A DNA stretch of 64,000 nucleotides from a virus, in IMG/VR virus record IMGVR_UViG_3300045988_110030, positions 90,200-154,199 of that record; one strand, written 5' to 3'. The notes beneath the pieces were generated by a model, which saw nothing but the letters and a program-made list of their open reading frames with translations, searched no databases and was not told where the DNA came from. Shown here piece after piece: positions 1 to 9,387 of this stretch. Position 1 is the first letter of the stretch; the number at the start of each line of letters is the position of its first letter. The translations under genes and the position numbers were made by a program.

Positions 1-7
1 GTTAAGG

Positions 8-1651
8 ATGAAAAATGGGGAGCCAGATCCGGATATGCTTGATACCAACATATATGATTGGGATGATCCGAAAGTTTTCAGGGATGCAAAGTATTTTTTA
101 GGAGATGAATACTCTGATGATGAGATAAGGGAGATAATAGATGAAATATCTGGATATGGGGTATTAAATGGAAATATAATCAGGTCTAAAAACGTTGATA
201 AGTTCATTGATTTATTTCTCGAAGGAAACCCCAATATATCTAACAAGGATGTAGAGAATTTTGTGAAAAGTCACGAAGTGGAACACAAAATTCATTATCC
301 AGATTCAGGCGCAGATAAAAACGGATTTGATTTGAATAAGATAGATGATGATGAAGTAAAAGATTATTTCAAAGAGGATCATTTTACGGAAATGGCGGCC
401 AGAGGAACTCAGATTAAAAATTATTTTGGTTTGACCGATGATGCTCAAGAAGTGACGCCTGAAATGTTAGAATATGCAGCCAGAAATTACTTGAAGGATT
501 ATGGGTATGATAATGAGATGAAAGAATATTTTGAATCCATATCAGACTATAAAAAGGCTGCCAAATGGATAACAGATCACGCTTCAGTCGGAATAGGAGC
601 CTACTATGTAGGGGATAGGATTGCTAATCCTAAAAAAGAAAAGAAAAGAAACGGAGGGAAGCTTACTCCATACAAGGTTGGTTTTCATTTTATTGATCAT
701 AAAAAAGAATACGGAGATCCGAAAGATGCATCACATAGATTACCCGGTAGGAAATTCATGTATTTCTACGAAAACGATAAGCCGAGTAAAAGCATTGTGT
801 TTGCTGAAGAAGGTGGCGTAATTGGCAAGCAGCGTGAAGCATATGATTACTTTACTAATAAGCGAGGTATGTCTAAAATACAGGCGCTCGCCATCATAGG
901 TAACCTCATGGCTGAATCCGGTCTTAAAGATGACATATACGGAGACAACAGAACGTCATACGGCATACAACAATGGCATAATGAGCGCATGGATAAGTTG
1001 TTCAAGCACGCCAAAAAGAAAGGTCATTCTACACCCACATTCAAAGACCAACTTGAGTTCTTAGCTGACGAATACGAAGGGAAAACCGGATATTCTAATT
1101 TCTTATACACAAGAAAAGGGAAAAAAGGACCAGGGTATTACAACTACAGCCGGCAGGATTTTATGAACGCCGATAACCTTAAGGATGCTGTAGTAGCTTG
1201 GAACCAAGGGGCAGGACGCCCTCATAAAAGTGTGATACGAAACGATGACCGTTATAACTATGCTATGGAAGTTGCTAAAAATCTTGGTTTGGATATTGAA
1301 GAAAATTCCGTATCTTCGTATGGTCAAATGGGATTCGGAGATGATGGAGAAATAGCAGCATCGGTAACACTTCCAGAGGTAGAAGTGGCAGCCGCCCTCC
1401 CTAACCCGGAAGCTCCGTCCCCGGAGAGACAGTCCGAGGAAGAGAGATTCCGTACATGGACTGAAACGTATGGTAAGGACATCGTAAATCATTTACTGAC
1501 GTTAGACGGGAAAAAGGATGGTGATGACAGTGATTACAGCATGATGTATAAACAGCATGAAAAAGAAAGCGAAGAGGATAAGAAAATGGCTTTGATTAAT
1601 GCCGTGCTTCCCAATATACAACTTCGCATTAAAGGCGTCACTGACAATTAG
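8..1651 (+). CDS. Virion/tail-associated protein with a phage tail-lysozyme (peptidoglycan hydrolase) domain. Probably 5'-truncated by the window edge.
   Basis: 547-aa ORF. The reading frame is open back to position 2, so the true start probably lies upstream of the window. Residues ~270-400 carry the phage tail lysozyme signature (…SKIQALAIIGNLMAESGL…YGIQQWHNERMDKLFKHAKKKG…DQLEFLADEYE…), which matches the GNLxxES / GIxQW pattern of the tail-lysozyme (Phage_lysozyme2-like) family. Immediately upstream of the giant virion protein operon. Confidence 0.7.
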   Translation: MKNGEPDPDMLDTNIYDWDDPKVFRDAKYFLGDEYSDDEIREIIDEISGYGVLNGNIIRSKNVDKFIDLFLEGNPNISNKDVENFVKSHEVEHKIHYPDSGADKNGFDLNKIDDDEVKDYFKEDHFTEMAARGTQIKNYFGLTDDAQEVTPEMLEYAARNYLKDYGYDNEMKEYFESISDYKKAAKWITDHASVGIGAYYVGDRIANPKKEKKRNGGKLTPYKVGFHFIDHKKEYGDPKDASHRLPGRKFMYFYENDKPSKSIVFAEEGGVIGKQREAYDYFTNKRGMSKIQALAIIGNLMAESGLKDDIYGDNRTSYGIQQWHNERMDKLFKHAKKKGHSTPTFKDQLEFLADEYEGKTGYSNFLYTRKGKKGPGYYNYSRQDFMNADNLKDAVVAWNQGAGRPHKSVIRNDDRYNYAMEVAKNLGLDIEENSVSSYGQMGFGDDGEIAASVTLPEVEVAAALPNPEAPSPERQSEEERFRTWTETYGKDIVNHLLTLDGKKDGDDSDYSMMYKQHEKESEEDKKMALINAVLPNIQLRIKGVTDN

Positions 1652-1678
1652 AACAATTATTTTATTTCTCATGAAGCG

Positions 1679-1750
1679 AAGCCGGATTTGAGACTCGTTA
1701 TGCGGATACCGAAGGTTGAAGAACGATATCAAGATAATCCGGCTTTTTTG
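1679..1750 (+). terminator. Terminator-like structure after the lysozyme-domain gene: a 10-bp stem (aagccggatt / aatccggctt) enclosing a 47-nt structured loop, followed by a T6 run.
   Basis: Directly read. AAGCCGGATT at 1679-1688 pairs with AATCCGGCTT at 1736-1745, and TTTTTTG follows. It lies 28 nt after the stop at 1651. Confidence 0.5.
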
Positions 1751-1905
1751 TGCGATTTCGTGAAGGATGGAACTATCATCGCCTTGGTTTAACAGAACAG
1801 ACCTACGTACCTCTACTGTCCTGACGGGCATGGACGCCCGTCTCGCCTACCAGCCTGCCTAATTCTCCACTGGCTACCTAATATAACTATTAACGTCACT
1901 CCATC

Positions 1906-2079
1906 ACCTATCTCCCTTCAGTCGATAGGTTCAGTCGTTTTTAAATATTATAAGTTTTTTCGCATCGTTCCCTTCGGTCACGATACTCAATCTTTTAACA
2001 CAATTAGGCAAACAATACAATAGACGAAAAAAGTAATTTGTCAATCCGTTCACTCACTTAACTCCCTTCGGTCGTTAAG
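1906..2079. repeat. Three paralogous stem-loops (1906-1930, 1964-1984, 2057-2079). Each has a different 5-6-bp stem but the same 11-nt loop, TCCCTTC(A/G)GTC.
   Basis: Hairpin 1 is acctat-cTCCCTTCAGTCg-ataggt. Hairpin 2 is atcgt-TCCCTTCGGTC-acgat. Hairpin 3 is cttaac-TCCCTTCGGTC-gttaag. The stems covary while the loop is conserved, and all lie inside a 650-bp non-coding region. Confidence 0.6.
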
Positions 2080-2290
2080 TTCATTCACTGCAAACAATTA
2101 TATGAATAAATGGTAAAGTATATAAAATAATATAAATAATATAATGAGTAAGATCATTAAAAATGGTCTTAATATTAAGGAAAACGGAGACTATTTATAG
2201 GCGTAGTTTTAATTCAAGATTTGTTGTCCCACTCCTGACGGTCAGACGGTTACGTTTCGAGCCGTTCTTTTGTCTCTTATCTAAACCGTC

Positions 2291-2338
2291 ATAAAATAAA
2301 AAACCTTGTATCCTATTTCTCTCAAACCGGATACAAGG
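2291..2338 (-). terminator. Strong intrinsic terminator on the minus strand. A perfect 10-bp stem (ccttgtatcc / ggatacaagg) with a 15-nt loop is followed, on the minus strand, by TTTTTTTATTTTAT.
   Basis: Directly read. The stem spans 2304-2313 and 2329-2338, and the A-run at 2291-2303 on the plus strand equals a T-run on the minus strand. No annotated minus-strand gene lies upstream of it. Confidence 0.5.
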
Positions 2339-3421
2339 CCGTGCATTTTCTTATTTGAACATATGATGAAAAATCATATCTTTGCACTAAAGAACATAAT
2401 TATGGAGACAAAGTTAATCGAAATAATAGATCCTCACAAGTTACACGACGAACTCTTTAAGAAAGAGCAAGTCTCTCCGATAGAAGTTATCTACAATAGT
2501 TTCAGTAATTTAGGGTACAATGTGGTACGCCGCCCAGCTGGTCAATGTTTAGGAAATTTGAGATATTTTAACCTGTTTTACGATAAGAATACTCATCATT
2601 TTTATCAGAAGGATAAGAAGTTGAGATATTTTAGTAATTTTCTGATATCCGATTATTGGAAAGATAGGGTGAGGTGTTTTATAGTTTGGAATTTTGGTTT
2701 TGGGAGATTCTTCCCGTACAATGACTTCATAGAGGCTATGGTCTATGACTATCTCCGATATGGGAGGAAGTCAGTTCCTTATCTTAAGAGTGTGCAAGAA
2801 GCTGAAGAAAAGTGTGTAAGGTTCTACATTAGATCTCAAATAGATATGCTTCGTAAGGAAGGATATGCTGCATACCGGGCTAAGTTCAAGGAAGAATGTC
2901 CTCAGTATTTTATCGGAGACGATAGGACGGTGTTCAGATGTCTTGACAGCTCTTTAAAAAGAGAAGAGAAGATTGCCGCATGCGTAGCTCACAAAAGAGC
3001 TTTAAAAGAGGTGGTTATAACTTCTTTTATTAACCATCTCAAGAAACATCCTACCACCTTGTATTCCTGGTTTTCATCAGAGGTAGACAGCGAAGGGAAG
3101 AACAGGCTTTGTTTATCTGATAAGGCTGTTTCTTATTTAAACAAAAGATTGGTTCGCAATGGGTTAAAGGTTCTTTCAGCATCATATCTTTTTAGACTAT
3201 TTAGGAAAATGGTCAAGAATTTGTTTGGCTCCAATGTTAGGTCGTTCTTGAATGGCTGTCTTATGTCTGTTTCAACAGAAGAGGTTTTAACCAAGTCTAT
3301 AAAGAAAATAGTTTCCAAGACGGTATTGTTTTTATACAAGAGAGTACTCAAGGCTTATCGCAGGGCATACGGACTCAAGTACGATCCCGATTCAGGAGGT
3401 TTGTCCGCTATACATACCTGA
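2306..3421 (+). CDS. Hypothetical protein. The true start is possibly an internal Met (MMKNH… at ~2363), because the first codons overlap the hairpin at 2304-2338.
   Basis: A 371-aa uninterrupted ORF in an AT-rich genome. No recognisable domain. The basic, aromatic-rich composition could partly be AT bias. Confidence 0.45.
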   Translation: MYPISLKPDTRPCIFLFEHMMKNHIFALKNIIMETKLIEIIDPHKLHDELFKKEQVSPIEVIYNSFSNLGYNVVRRPAGQCLGNLRYFNLFYDKNTHHFYQKDKKLRYFSNFLISDYWKDRVRCFIVWNFGFGRFFPYNDFIEAMVYDYLRYGRKSVPYLKSVQEAEEKCVRFYIRSQIDMLRKEGYAAYRAKFKEECPQYFIGDDRTVFRCLDSSLKREEKIAACVAHKRALKEVVITSFINHLKKHPTTLYSWFSSEVDSEGKNRLCLSDKAVSYLNKRLVRNGLKVLSASYLFRLFRKMVKNLFGSNVRSFLNGCLMSVSTEEVLTKSIKKIVSKTVLFLYKRVLKAYRRAYGLKYDPDSGGLSAIHT

Positions 3422-3467
3422 TTTTTAAACCTATCCCATAACGTTGGATTTTCTCGTTTGTTTCTCT

Positions 3468-3475
3468 TATCTTTG
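3468..3475 (+). promoter_or_regulatory. TATCTTTG, matching the Bacteroidetes sigma-A -7 consensus TAnnTTTG, 16 nt upstream of the ATG at 3491.
   Basis: Directly read. The same motif class sits before the ORFs at 16043 (TATATTTG, 16020-16027) and 27714 (TACCTTTG, 27684-27691). Confidence 0.4.
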
Positions 3476-3490
3476 TGAAAAAAGATAAGT

Positions 3491-6322
3491 ATGAAATTAC
3501 GAATCATAAAAAATCGTCCGGTATTCGCTCCTGGTGGTAGTGTTCAGGATAAAAAACAGGATATTAATGTATCCTCTACTCAGCCTATTCTTGATTATGG
3601 AACACCTGTTAATAAATGGGGTAAATCTGATATTCAGAATATATATATGCCTTATGATGTGACTTTAGAAGCAGAGGAGGGGGAGATAAATCCATTTAGC
3701 AATATGCCTACATCTGATCCATTCTTTGAAAATCATGATGCAGGATATGCAGGATATCTTGCTGATAATAGGAGCATGGTTAAAAACGTAGAGAAATCAG
3801 TTGTTAATAATGCAATGAATGTAGGTGGCTCTGATGCTGATTCTTCTAAAGAAAAGCGATCACAAGATGGAAATCCTTTGGATCCTATGACTGCTCCTTA
3901 TTATTCTTCTGATCTTGCTGGTAGGTCCCAGATGTTTGGTGCGAGTTTGGGAAGAATAAGGGCTGGAAACAAAACCGGTGCTAACATAGCGGAGGCGGCT
4001 TTATCCGGTCTTAGTCTTGGGATGGGTCTTACCCGTAATATTATGGGGGCTTCTTCTGAGGCTTATGCCGCCAGTAGAGACGAACAAGCGGCAAGAGAGA
4101 AACTTGCCGAGAATCGCCGTCAGCAGTTTATCCGATGGGAGCGTGAAGGGGGAGGTATTAATCTTGGAAATGGTCAGAGAATAGATACGTCTGATATGAC
4201 AGGGGAATATATTTATCCTCTTCCTAAATCTATGGAGGATAATGCCAATGTTGAGATAGAAAAAGGAGAATATGTTTCGACTCCGGATGATGTTGGCCCT
4301 ATGGAGGCAAAAGGTAGCAGGCATGAAGACGGCGGCACTCCTGTTGATTTACCCGAAGCTCATATTATTTCAGATTACCGTACTATCGATGATGATTTTG
4401 CTTCTTACATAAGGGAAAATTATGGCATTAGAGCTACGGAAAAAGATACGTATGCTACGCTTCTTGATAGGTACAAGAAAAAAATAGGATTGTCTGAAAA
4501 GTATGATGATCAGGAACGTGTTTTCAAGAGGTTGGAAAAGAATAAGGATGTTAAGGATAAAAACACTTCTGAGTTAAATAAGTCCATTCTTTCTAAGTAC
4601 GTAAATGATAATCAAAAGGAAATAGACGAACTTGAGGCGCAATTCAGGTCTTTTGCTGACATCGTTTATAACAAGCAAGAGGAATCCAAGCGCCAAGAAA
4701 AGATAGATGCTTTCTTTAGAGATGGCGGAAAAGTTGATTTAAATGCTGTGAGAAAACAAGCTAAGGCTCTTAACGTATCTGAATCTGATGCTAAAAATTG
4801 GATATATGATGAGTATGTAAAGAGAGTTAGGAAAATGGCTGAAGGCGGTCCTACCAAGGAACAGATAGAGTGGGGTAAGAAAGTACAGCAGCTTTTAATG
4901 AAGCAGTTTGGACGTACTCTTAATATGTCTATAGTAGATGTTGCGGACAGAGAGCAGATTCTTAATCCTGATTCTGGTGTAAATTCTAATCAAAATCTGC
5001 AACATAGAAGTAGTGCCGGTTATGGTAGGGTAAATAACAAGGCTATTTCTAATTTGCTTGATATTAACCGTTGGGCTAATAAATACAATACGGATGGTGA
5101 TTTTAATACAGAAGGATTCCAGACTGGATACAATAGCCAACTAAATAGCCTATGGGCTTTGGCGGAATCAGGTGCTATAGCCAATGCCGAAAAAGCCAAG
5201 AAATTTAGAGACGAATACGGATTTTGGGGAGAAGATGCCGGTAAGTACGACCAAGGAAGTAAATCGGCATATAACTCATTTGCCGTAGATGACAAATTTG
5301 GACAAACTACGGCAACCAGATCATTTTATGGATTGGATGTAGTTACTCCTGAACAAAAGAGATTGTTGAATGAAAAAGGGATAAAGAATTATGTTGACTT
5401 ATTTGGTGATAAATCTGATGCAGCTAAGAAGATTCTGGGTGCCGATTATAATAAGTTTGCTGCTTTAAGAGATAGTGGTTTGATGTCGGAAATGGACTTC
5501 GTATTGGAAGCCGTAAACCCAGCATCAAAACCTATAGAAGCTGAACCTGTAGGAACCGATCCTAAATTTCCCAACCCAGGTTCTCCAGGCAGGATAGAAG
5601 TGAAGAAAGAAAATCCTGTTATTGATACTACTGTAGAAACGGAAGAAAAGGAAGAAGATGATACAAACGGAAGAAAAGGCGTCGGCCCTGCTTTATCAGG
5701 CCCTATATTCCCTGAGATGTTGAGGATGCTTGATACCGGATTAGAGATAGAGGGATTGGAAAGGCATCAGGCTCCGAGAATAGATCCGGTTCTTCAATCT
5801 GCTGATCAGTATATCAACGAGCTCAACCGCGCGACATCGGCTCAGTTGGACACAATAGGTGACGTGCCCGACTCTCAGCGTTCCGCTATTCTGGCTAATA
5901 TGAACGCCATAGCCGGAAGCAATATAGCCAAGTACATTAACGAAGTAAATTTCAATAACGCAAGGCAAATAAACGAAGCTGATAGATTTAACGAAATGGC
6001 TTATGTTCAAACAGATGATAAGAACATAGCGGAAAGGCAACGTTATGAATCCGGATTATTGAAGGCTATGGCTATAAGGGATGAAAATCTTGCTCGTTAT
6101 TATGACAGTATAAACAGCGAGATACAGAATAAGTTTAATGTTAGAACTTCATTGAACACCATAGCTTCCATAGCTCCGAATATGAGAATGCTTCCAAGTG
6201 GTCAAATTATTTACGTTCAAGGTGATCAGGATGTGATGAATATGGGTGATTATTCCACACCTTACTTGAGAAGTTTAAATGAAGAAGATGATGAAACTAA
6301 AAGAAGAAGGAGGACCAAATAG
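3491..6322 (+). CDS. Giant virion/ejection-type protein (943 aa).
   Basis: A long ORF containing low-complexity, coiled-coil and Gly/Ala-rich segments. Its stop (TAG at 6320-6322) shares one nucleotide with the GTG start of the next gene, giving translational coupling. It is the first gene of a four-gene operon of very large proteins that follows the tail lysozyme gene. Confidence 0.7.
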   Translation: MKLRIIKNRPVFAPGGSVQDKKQDINVSSTQPILDYGTPVNKWGKSDIQNIYMPYDVTLEAEEGEINPFSNMPTSDPFFENHDAGYAGYLADNRSMVKNVEKSVVNNAMNVGGSDADSSKEKRSQDGNPLDPMTAPYYSSDLAGRSQMFGASLGRIRAGNKTGANIAEAALSGLSLGMGLTRNIMGASSEAYAASRDEQAAREKLAENRRQQFIRWEREGGGINLGNGQRIDTSDMTGEYIYPLPKSMEDNANVEIEKGEYVSTPDDVGPMEAKGSRHEDGGTPVDLPEAHIISDYRTIDDDFASYIRENYGIRATEKDTYATLLDRYKKKIGLSEKYDDQERVFKRLEKNKDVKDKNTSELNKSILSKYVNDNQKEIDELEAQFRSFADIVYNKQEESKRQEKIDAFFRDGGKVDLNAVRKQAKALNVSESDAKNWIYDEYVKRVRKMAEGGPTKEQIEWGKKVQQLLMKQFGRTLNMSIVDVADREQILNPDSGVNSNQNLQHRSSAGYGRVNNKAISNLLDINRWANKYNTDGDFNTEGFQTGYNSQLNSLWALAESGAIANAEKAKKFRDEYGFWGEDAGKYDQGSKSAYNSFAVDDKFGQTTATRSFYGLDVVTPEQKRLLNEKGIKNYVDLFGDKSDAAKKILGADYNKFAALRDSGLMSEMDFVLEAVNPASKPIEAEPVGTDPKFPNPGSPGRIEVKKENPVIDTTVETEEKEEDDTNGRKGVGPALSGPIFPEMLRMLDTGLEIEGLERHQAPRIDPVLQSADQYINELNRATSAQLDTIGDVPDSQRSAILANMNAIAGSNIAKYINEVNFNNARQINEADRFNEMAYVQTDDKNIAERQRYESGLLKAMAIRDENLARYYDSINSEIQNKFNVRTSLNTIASIAPNMRMLPSGQIIYVQGDQDVMNMGDYSTPYLRSLNEEDDETKRRRRTK

Positions 6323-9300
6323 TGGCTTCACAGTATAGTATTTTAAGGCAATATGCCCCGTATGTTAGTCCTTACAACATAGATCTTGTTAAGGACGTTA
6401 TGATGTACAAACAGCAGAAGGTTGATGCTGCTCGTGAAAAGATCTATACCCAGGTAGATTATCTTATGGGTCAAGAGATAGATAAGCCTGAAGCCCGTGC
6501 TTATATGGAAGATAAGATGTCAGGTGTGATTGCTAACATCAATCAAAAATTCAAAGGCGTGGATCTTTCTTCTGATGGTGTTACGAGAGCCATACAAGGA
6601 GAAATAAGTTCGGTGTTGGATGATACGGTCATTAACGCGATTGCCGGCACCAAAGAAGGTAAGAGGGTTATGAAGGAAATAGAATCTATAAAACAGAATC
6701 ATCCTGAACTTTATTCTCCTATTAATGAATGGCATGCTTTGGATCCTTATTATAAATGGCGATCAGATGGTAAAGCCGGATCGAGGCTTGGAGGTCTTCA
6801 TTATTCTCCTTATATTGATTATACTAAGGAAATAAATAAATTGGTTAGTGATTTTAGGGAAAACAATAAAGGAAGGAAGATTCAGACTACAGAATATGAT
6901 GTAGAGGGTAAACCTACTGGTGGAATTATAGAAGTCAACGTAGATGAACTTACTGATTCCCAGATAAGGAATTTCGTGTCTGCTAACTTATCTGAAAACA
7001 TGAGGAATCAGATGAGAATAGAAGCATCATACATGGCAGCTACCAATCCAGTATTCAGTAATCCGGATTTGGTTAGCCAATACATTGGATCTTATGTCGA
7101 AAGATACGATAGGCATATAGGAGCATTGGAAGCAAAAAAGAAATCAGTAGGGGATAATAAGGATATTATTGATCGTATCGATAGTCAGATACAGGAAGCT
7201 AAAAATCAGAAAGCAGAAGCCAAGAGGGAGGCAGATATGATAATAGCTTCATCAGATCCGGTAGCGGCTGCTAATTTTGTTGTTACCAATAATCTTTTCG
7301 ATAAGATGACTGATGCATGGAGATACGACAATACAAGTTTTGAAAGGAAGAAAGATGATCTTTATTTTGCAAGATTGGCAGAGGATAGGGCTCAGCAAAA
7401 GTTTTTGACTGACAATGCCAAGTCTATGGTTGAAATATCATTGGCGAATGAGCAGCTTGCTCAGGCTAAGATTGAAACCGAATACATGCGTACTTACGGT
7501 TCCAAGATGGGCACTGAAAGCTCATCCGGAGGCACAAGAGGAGCAGGCGGTGTAGGAGTGCCGATGGCTCCTATGGACGGGCCTACGGCTATCAATTCTG
7601 GAACGGGTAAGATAGGATCTGTTAATTTGGCTAATATCCCTTATGAACAACTCACATCTTCTTCCACAGAGCGTAGAGCAAATTTATTGAAACTATATAA
7701 TTCATTATCTCCTACAGACAGAAGCAATATCGTTGCAGCATCATACGAAGAAGAAAAGACTGACCCAGGATTGTATGCTAATATGACTCCCGAAGAACGA
7801 GTGTATTCGTATTTAAAAAATAATGGAGGTCAGAAAAATGGATATTTCGGACAAGGCAATAACAGATTATCGGAAGCTTATGACGCTTTATTGGTTTCTG
7901 ATTCTAAGGCAAATGGAGCTTCGAAGGCTATAAATAATATAACTGATTATCAAATAGATAATATAGTTACTGAAAAAAATAAGGATATTATCAGGAAAGT
8001 TCGTGATGCTAAGTTCATGAAAGGAAATTCTTTTATGAATCTTACTGATACTGATGATAAGGCTGGAGCTTTCCTACTCGCCACGGCCATAACAACTGGT
8101 GTATCTGATGCCGTAGGGTTTAGAGAATACATGATGAACCCTTCAAGAGGAATAGATATTCTTAGTGCTATATCTCCGTCATTAGGAGCTAAGGCGAGTG
8201 CCGGTAAGTTGGGGAAAAACATATCTGATGCTATTACAAGCGATGGCAATAGTTCTTCTACTGGTACGTTGGCTCTTATTAATGGAATGAAGAAACTCAA
8301 TGGCGATCCTGATTTTAATATATCTGATTATATGACCATAGATAAGGACGGTGATATAGATTTAAAAGATTATCAGGAAGGTGAACCGTTAACTATTACC
8401 CAGCTAAGATATGCTGAGAAAAACAGTAGGGTGTCTGATATGATAGCAGGTCAGATGCAGGATGAGATAAAAATGTCCGTGTCTCCCGATCAGATTTCTG
8501 ATAAGTTATCTCAGTATCATTACCTTGATTCTTACAAAAGATACAATTGGAATGCTGATTCACCGGAAAAGTCTTTACAGAAGGCTCAGTTTAGAAGATT
8601 GTCTGGTTACATGGCAGGAAAGGTAAACAATCTGGATCCTACTGCTATTAATACCATCAACATGGACGCCGAGATAGATAATGGCACTGTCAGAAGATTT
8701 TTGACTGCTCAAGTAGGATCCGGTAGAGACTCTTATGTTACAGAAAGGGTAGAGATTACGAATGATGAGCTTCTTAAGGCAGGCATAGATCCTTCAGTTG
8801 AAGAGCGCAATTATCCGGTAGATGGTTACAAATCAAGTTTTGGAACCTGTGATTTTGTAGATACGGGAAAGAAGGAAGGTTATTCTTATGATAAGTATCT
8901 TATACGTAATGGTCTTCCCCGTTTGGCTTCTAAGGCTGATGTCAAGAATGATCTTTATGATATAGTAAAAATACATGGTTCTTACCTTAAGCCAGAAGAA
9001 ATGAATGTTGTTAAAACCCTTGTTGATAATTTTATTGACATGTCTGATAATATATCAGTTCAGTTGGAAGGAATGGATGATAGGGGTTCGAGAGAGGTAG
9101 CGGTCAATTTCTATGACAAAAGGACTAAAAATTCTAAAAATCCTGCATTGTTATTCTCGGATTTTGTTCCTTTGGATCCAGGTAATGATGAGTATGCGGA
9201 TTACTGGAATAACATTCACCAGAAGTGTCCTCAGTATTTCTTTGTAAAATACGTGAAGGAAGCTGTTCAGGAGCGTCTTGATCAGATGAGGGATCCATAT

Positions 9301-9387
9301 ATGAGAGGGATGGATATTACGCCCAACAATAACGATAAGTTTAGTAAGTTGAACGATTTTTTGCAAAAGCTTTATGGCAACAGATAG
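6322..9387 (+). CDS. Giant virion/ejection-type protein (1021 aa) with a GTG start.
   Basis: An AGGAGG Shine-Dalgarno-like sequence precedes the GTG at 6322. The 3' end overlaps the next gene by 14 nt. Contains coiled-coil and Gly-rich segments, and a DKDGD pentapeptide (see the rejected items). Confidence 0.7.
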   Translation: MASQYSILRQYAPYVSPYNIDLVKDVMMYKQQKVDAAREKIYTQVDYLMGQEIDKPEARAYMEDKMSGVIANINQKFKGVDLSSDGVTRAIQGEISSVLDDTVINAIAGTKEGKRVMKEIESIKQNHPELYSPINEWHALDPYYKWRSDGKAGSRLGGLHYSPYIDYTKEINKLVSDFRENNKGRKIQTTEYDVEGKPTGGIIEVNVDELTDSQIRNFVSANLSENMRNQMRIEASYMAATNPVFSNPDLVSQYIGSYVERYDRHIGALEAKKKSVGDNKDIIDRIDSQIQEAKNQKAEAKREADMIIASSDPVAAANFVVTNNLFDKMTDAWRYDNTSFERKKDDLYFARLAEDRAQQKFLTDNAKSMVEISLANEQLAQAKIETEYMRTYGSKMGTESSSGGTRGAGGVGVPMAPMDGPTAINSGTGKIGSVNLANIPYEQLTSSSTERRANLLKLYNSLSPTDRSNIVAASYEEEKTDPGLYANMTPEERVYSYLKNNGGQKNGYFGQGNNRLSEAYDALLVSDSKANGASKAINNITDYQIDNIVTEKNKDIIRKVRDAKFMKGNSFMNLTDTDDKAGAFLLATAITTGVSDAVGFREYMMNPSRGIDILSAISPSLGAKASAGKLGKNISDAITSDGNSSSTGTLALINGMKKLNGDPDFNISDYMTIDKDGDIDLKDYQEGEPLTITQLRYAEKNSRVSDMIAGQMQDEIKMSVSPDQISDKLSQYHYLDSYKRYNWNADSPEKSLQKAQFRRLSGYMAGKVNNLDPTAINTINMDAEIDNGTVRRFLTAQVGSGRDSYVTERVEITNDELLKAGIDPSVEERNYPVDGYKSSFGTCDFVDTGKKEGYSYDKYLIRNGLPRLASKADVKNDLYDIVKIHGSYLKPEEMNVVKTLVDNFIDMSDNISVQLEGMDDRGSREVAVNFYDKRTKNSKNPALLFSDFVPLDPGNDEYADYWNNIHQKCPQYFFVKYVKEAVQERLDQMRDPYMRGMDITPNNNDKFSKLNDFLQKLYGNR

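Noticed and set aside
621-1831. Short ORFs (621-821 +, 1103-1492 -, 1502-1831 -) overlapping the lysozyme-domain gene.
   Set aside because: They are embedded in or antisense to a long ORF with a clear domain signature, and their composition is typical of AT-bias artefacts.
1652-3490. Possibility that 1652-3490 is a group I intron carrying a homing-endonuclease ORF (2306-3421) that splits a structural gene.
   Set aside because: No LAGLIDADG, GIY-YIG or HNH motif is recognisable in the 371-aa ORF. I could not identify P7 or G-binding core elements by eye. The upstream ORF ends with a clean stop followed by a terminator-like structure.
8300-8345. A DKDGD pentapeptide in the 1021-aa protein. It matches the DxDGD metal-binding motif of multisubunit and crAss-like virion RNA polymerases.
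   Set aside because: The surrounding sequence (MTIDKDGDIDLKDYQEGE) does not resemble the NADFDGD context and looks like an acidic, calcium-binding-like loop. A single pentapeptide match is not sufficient, so it is flagged only as something to test by structure prediction.
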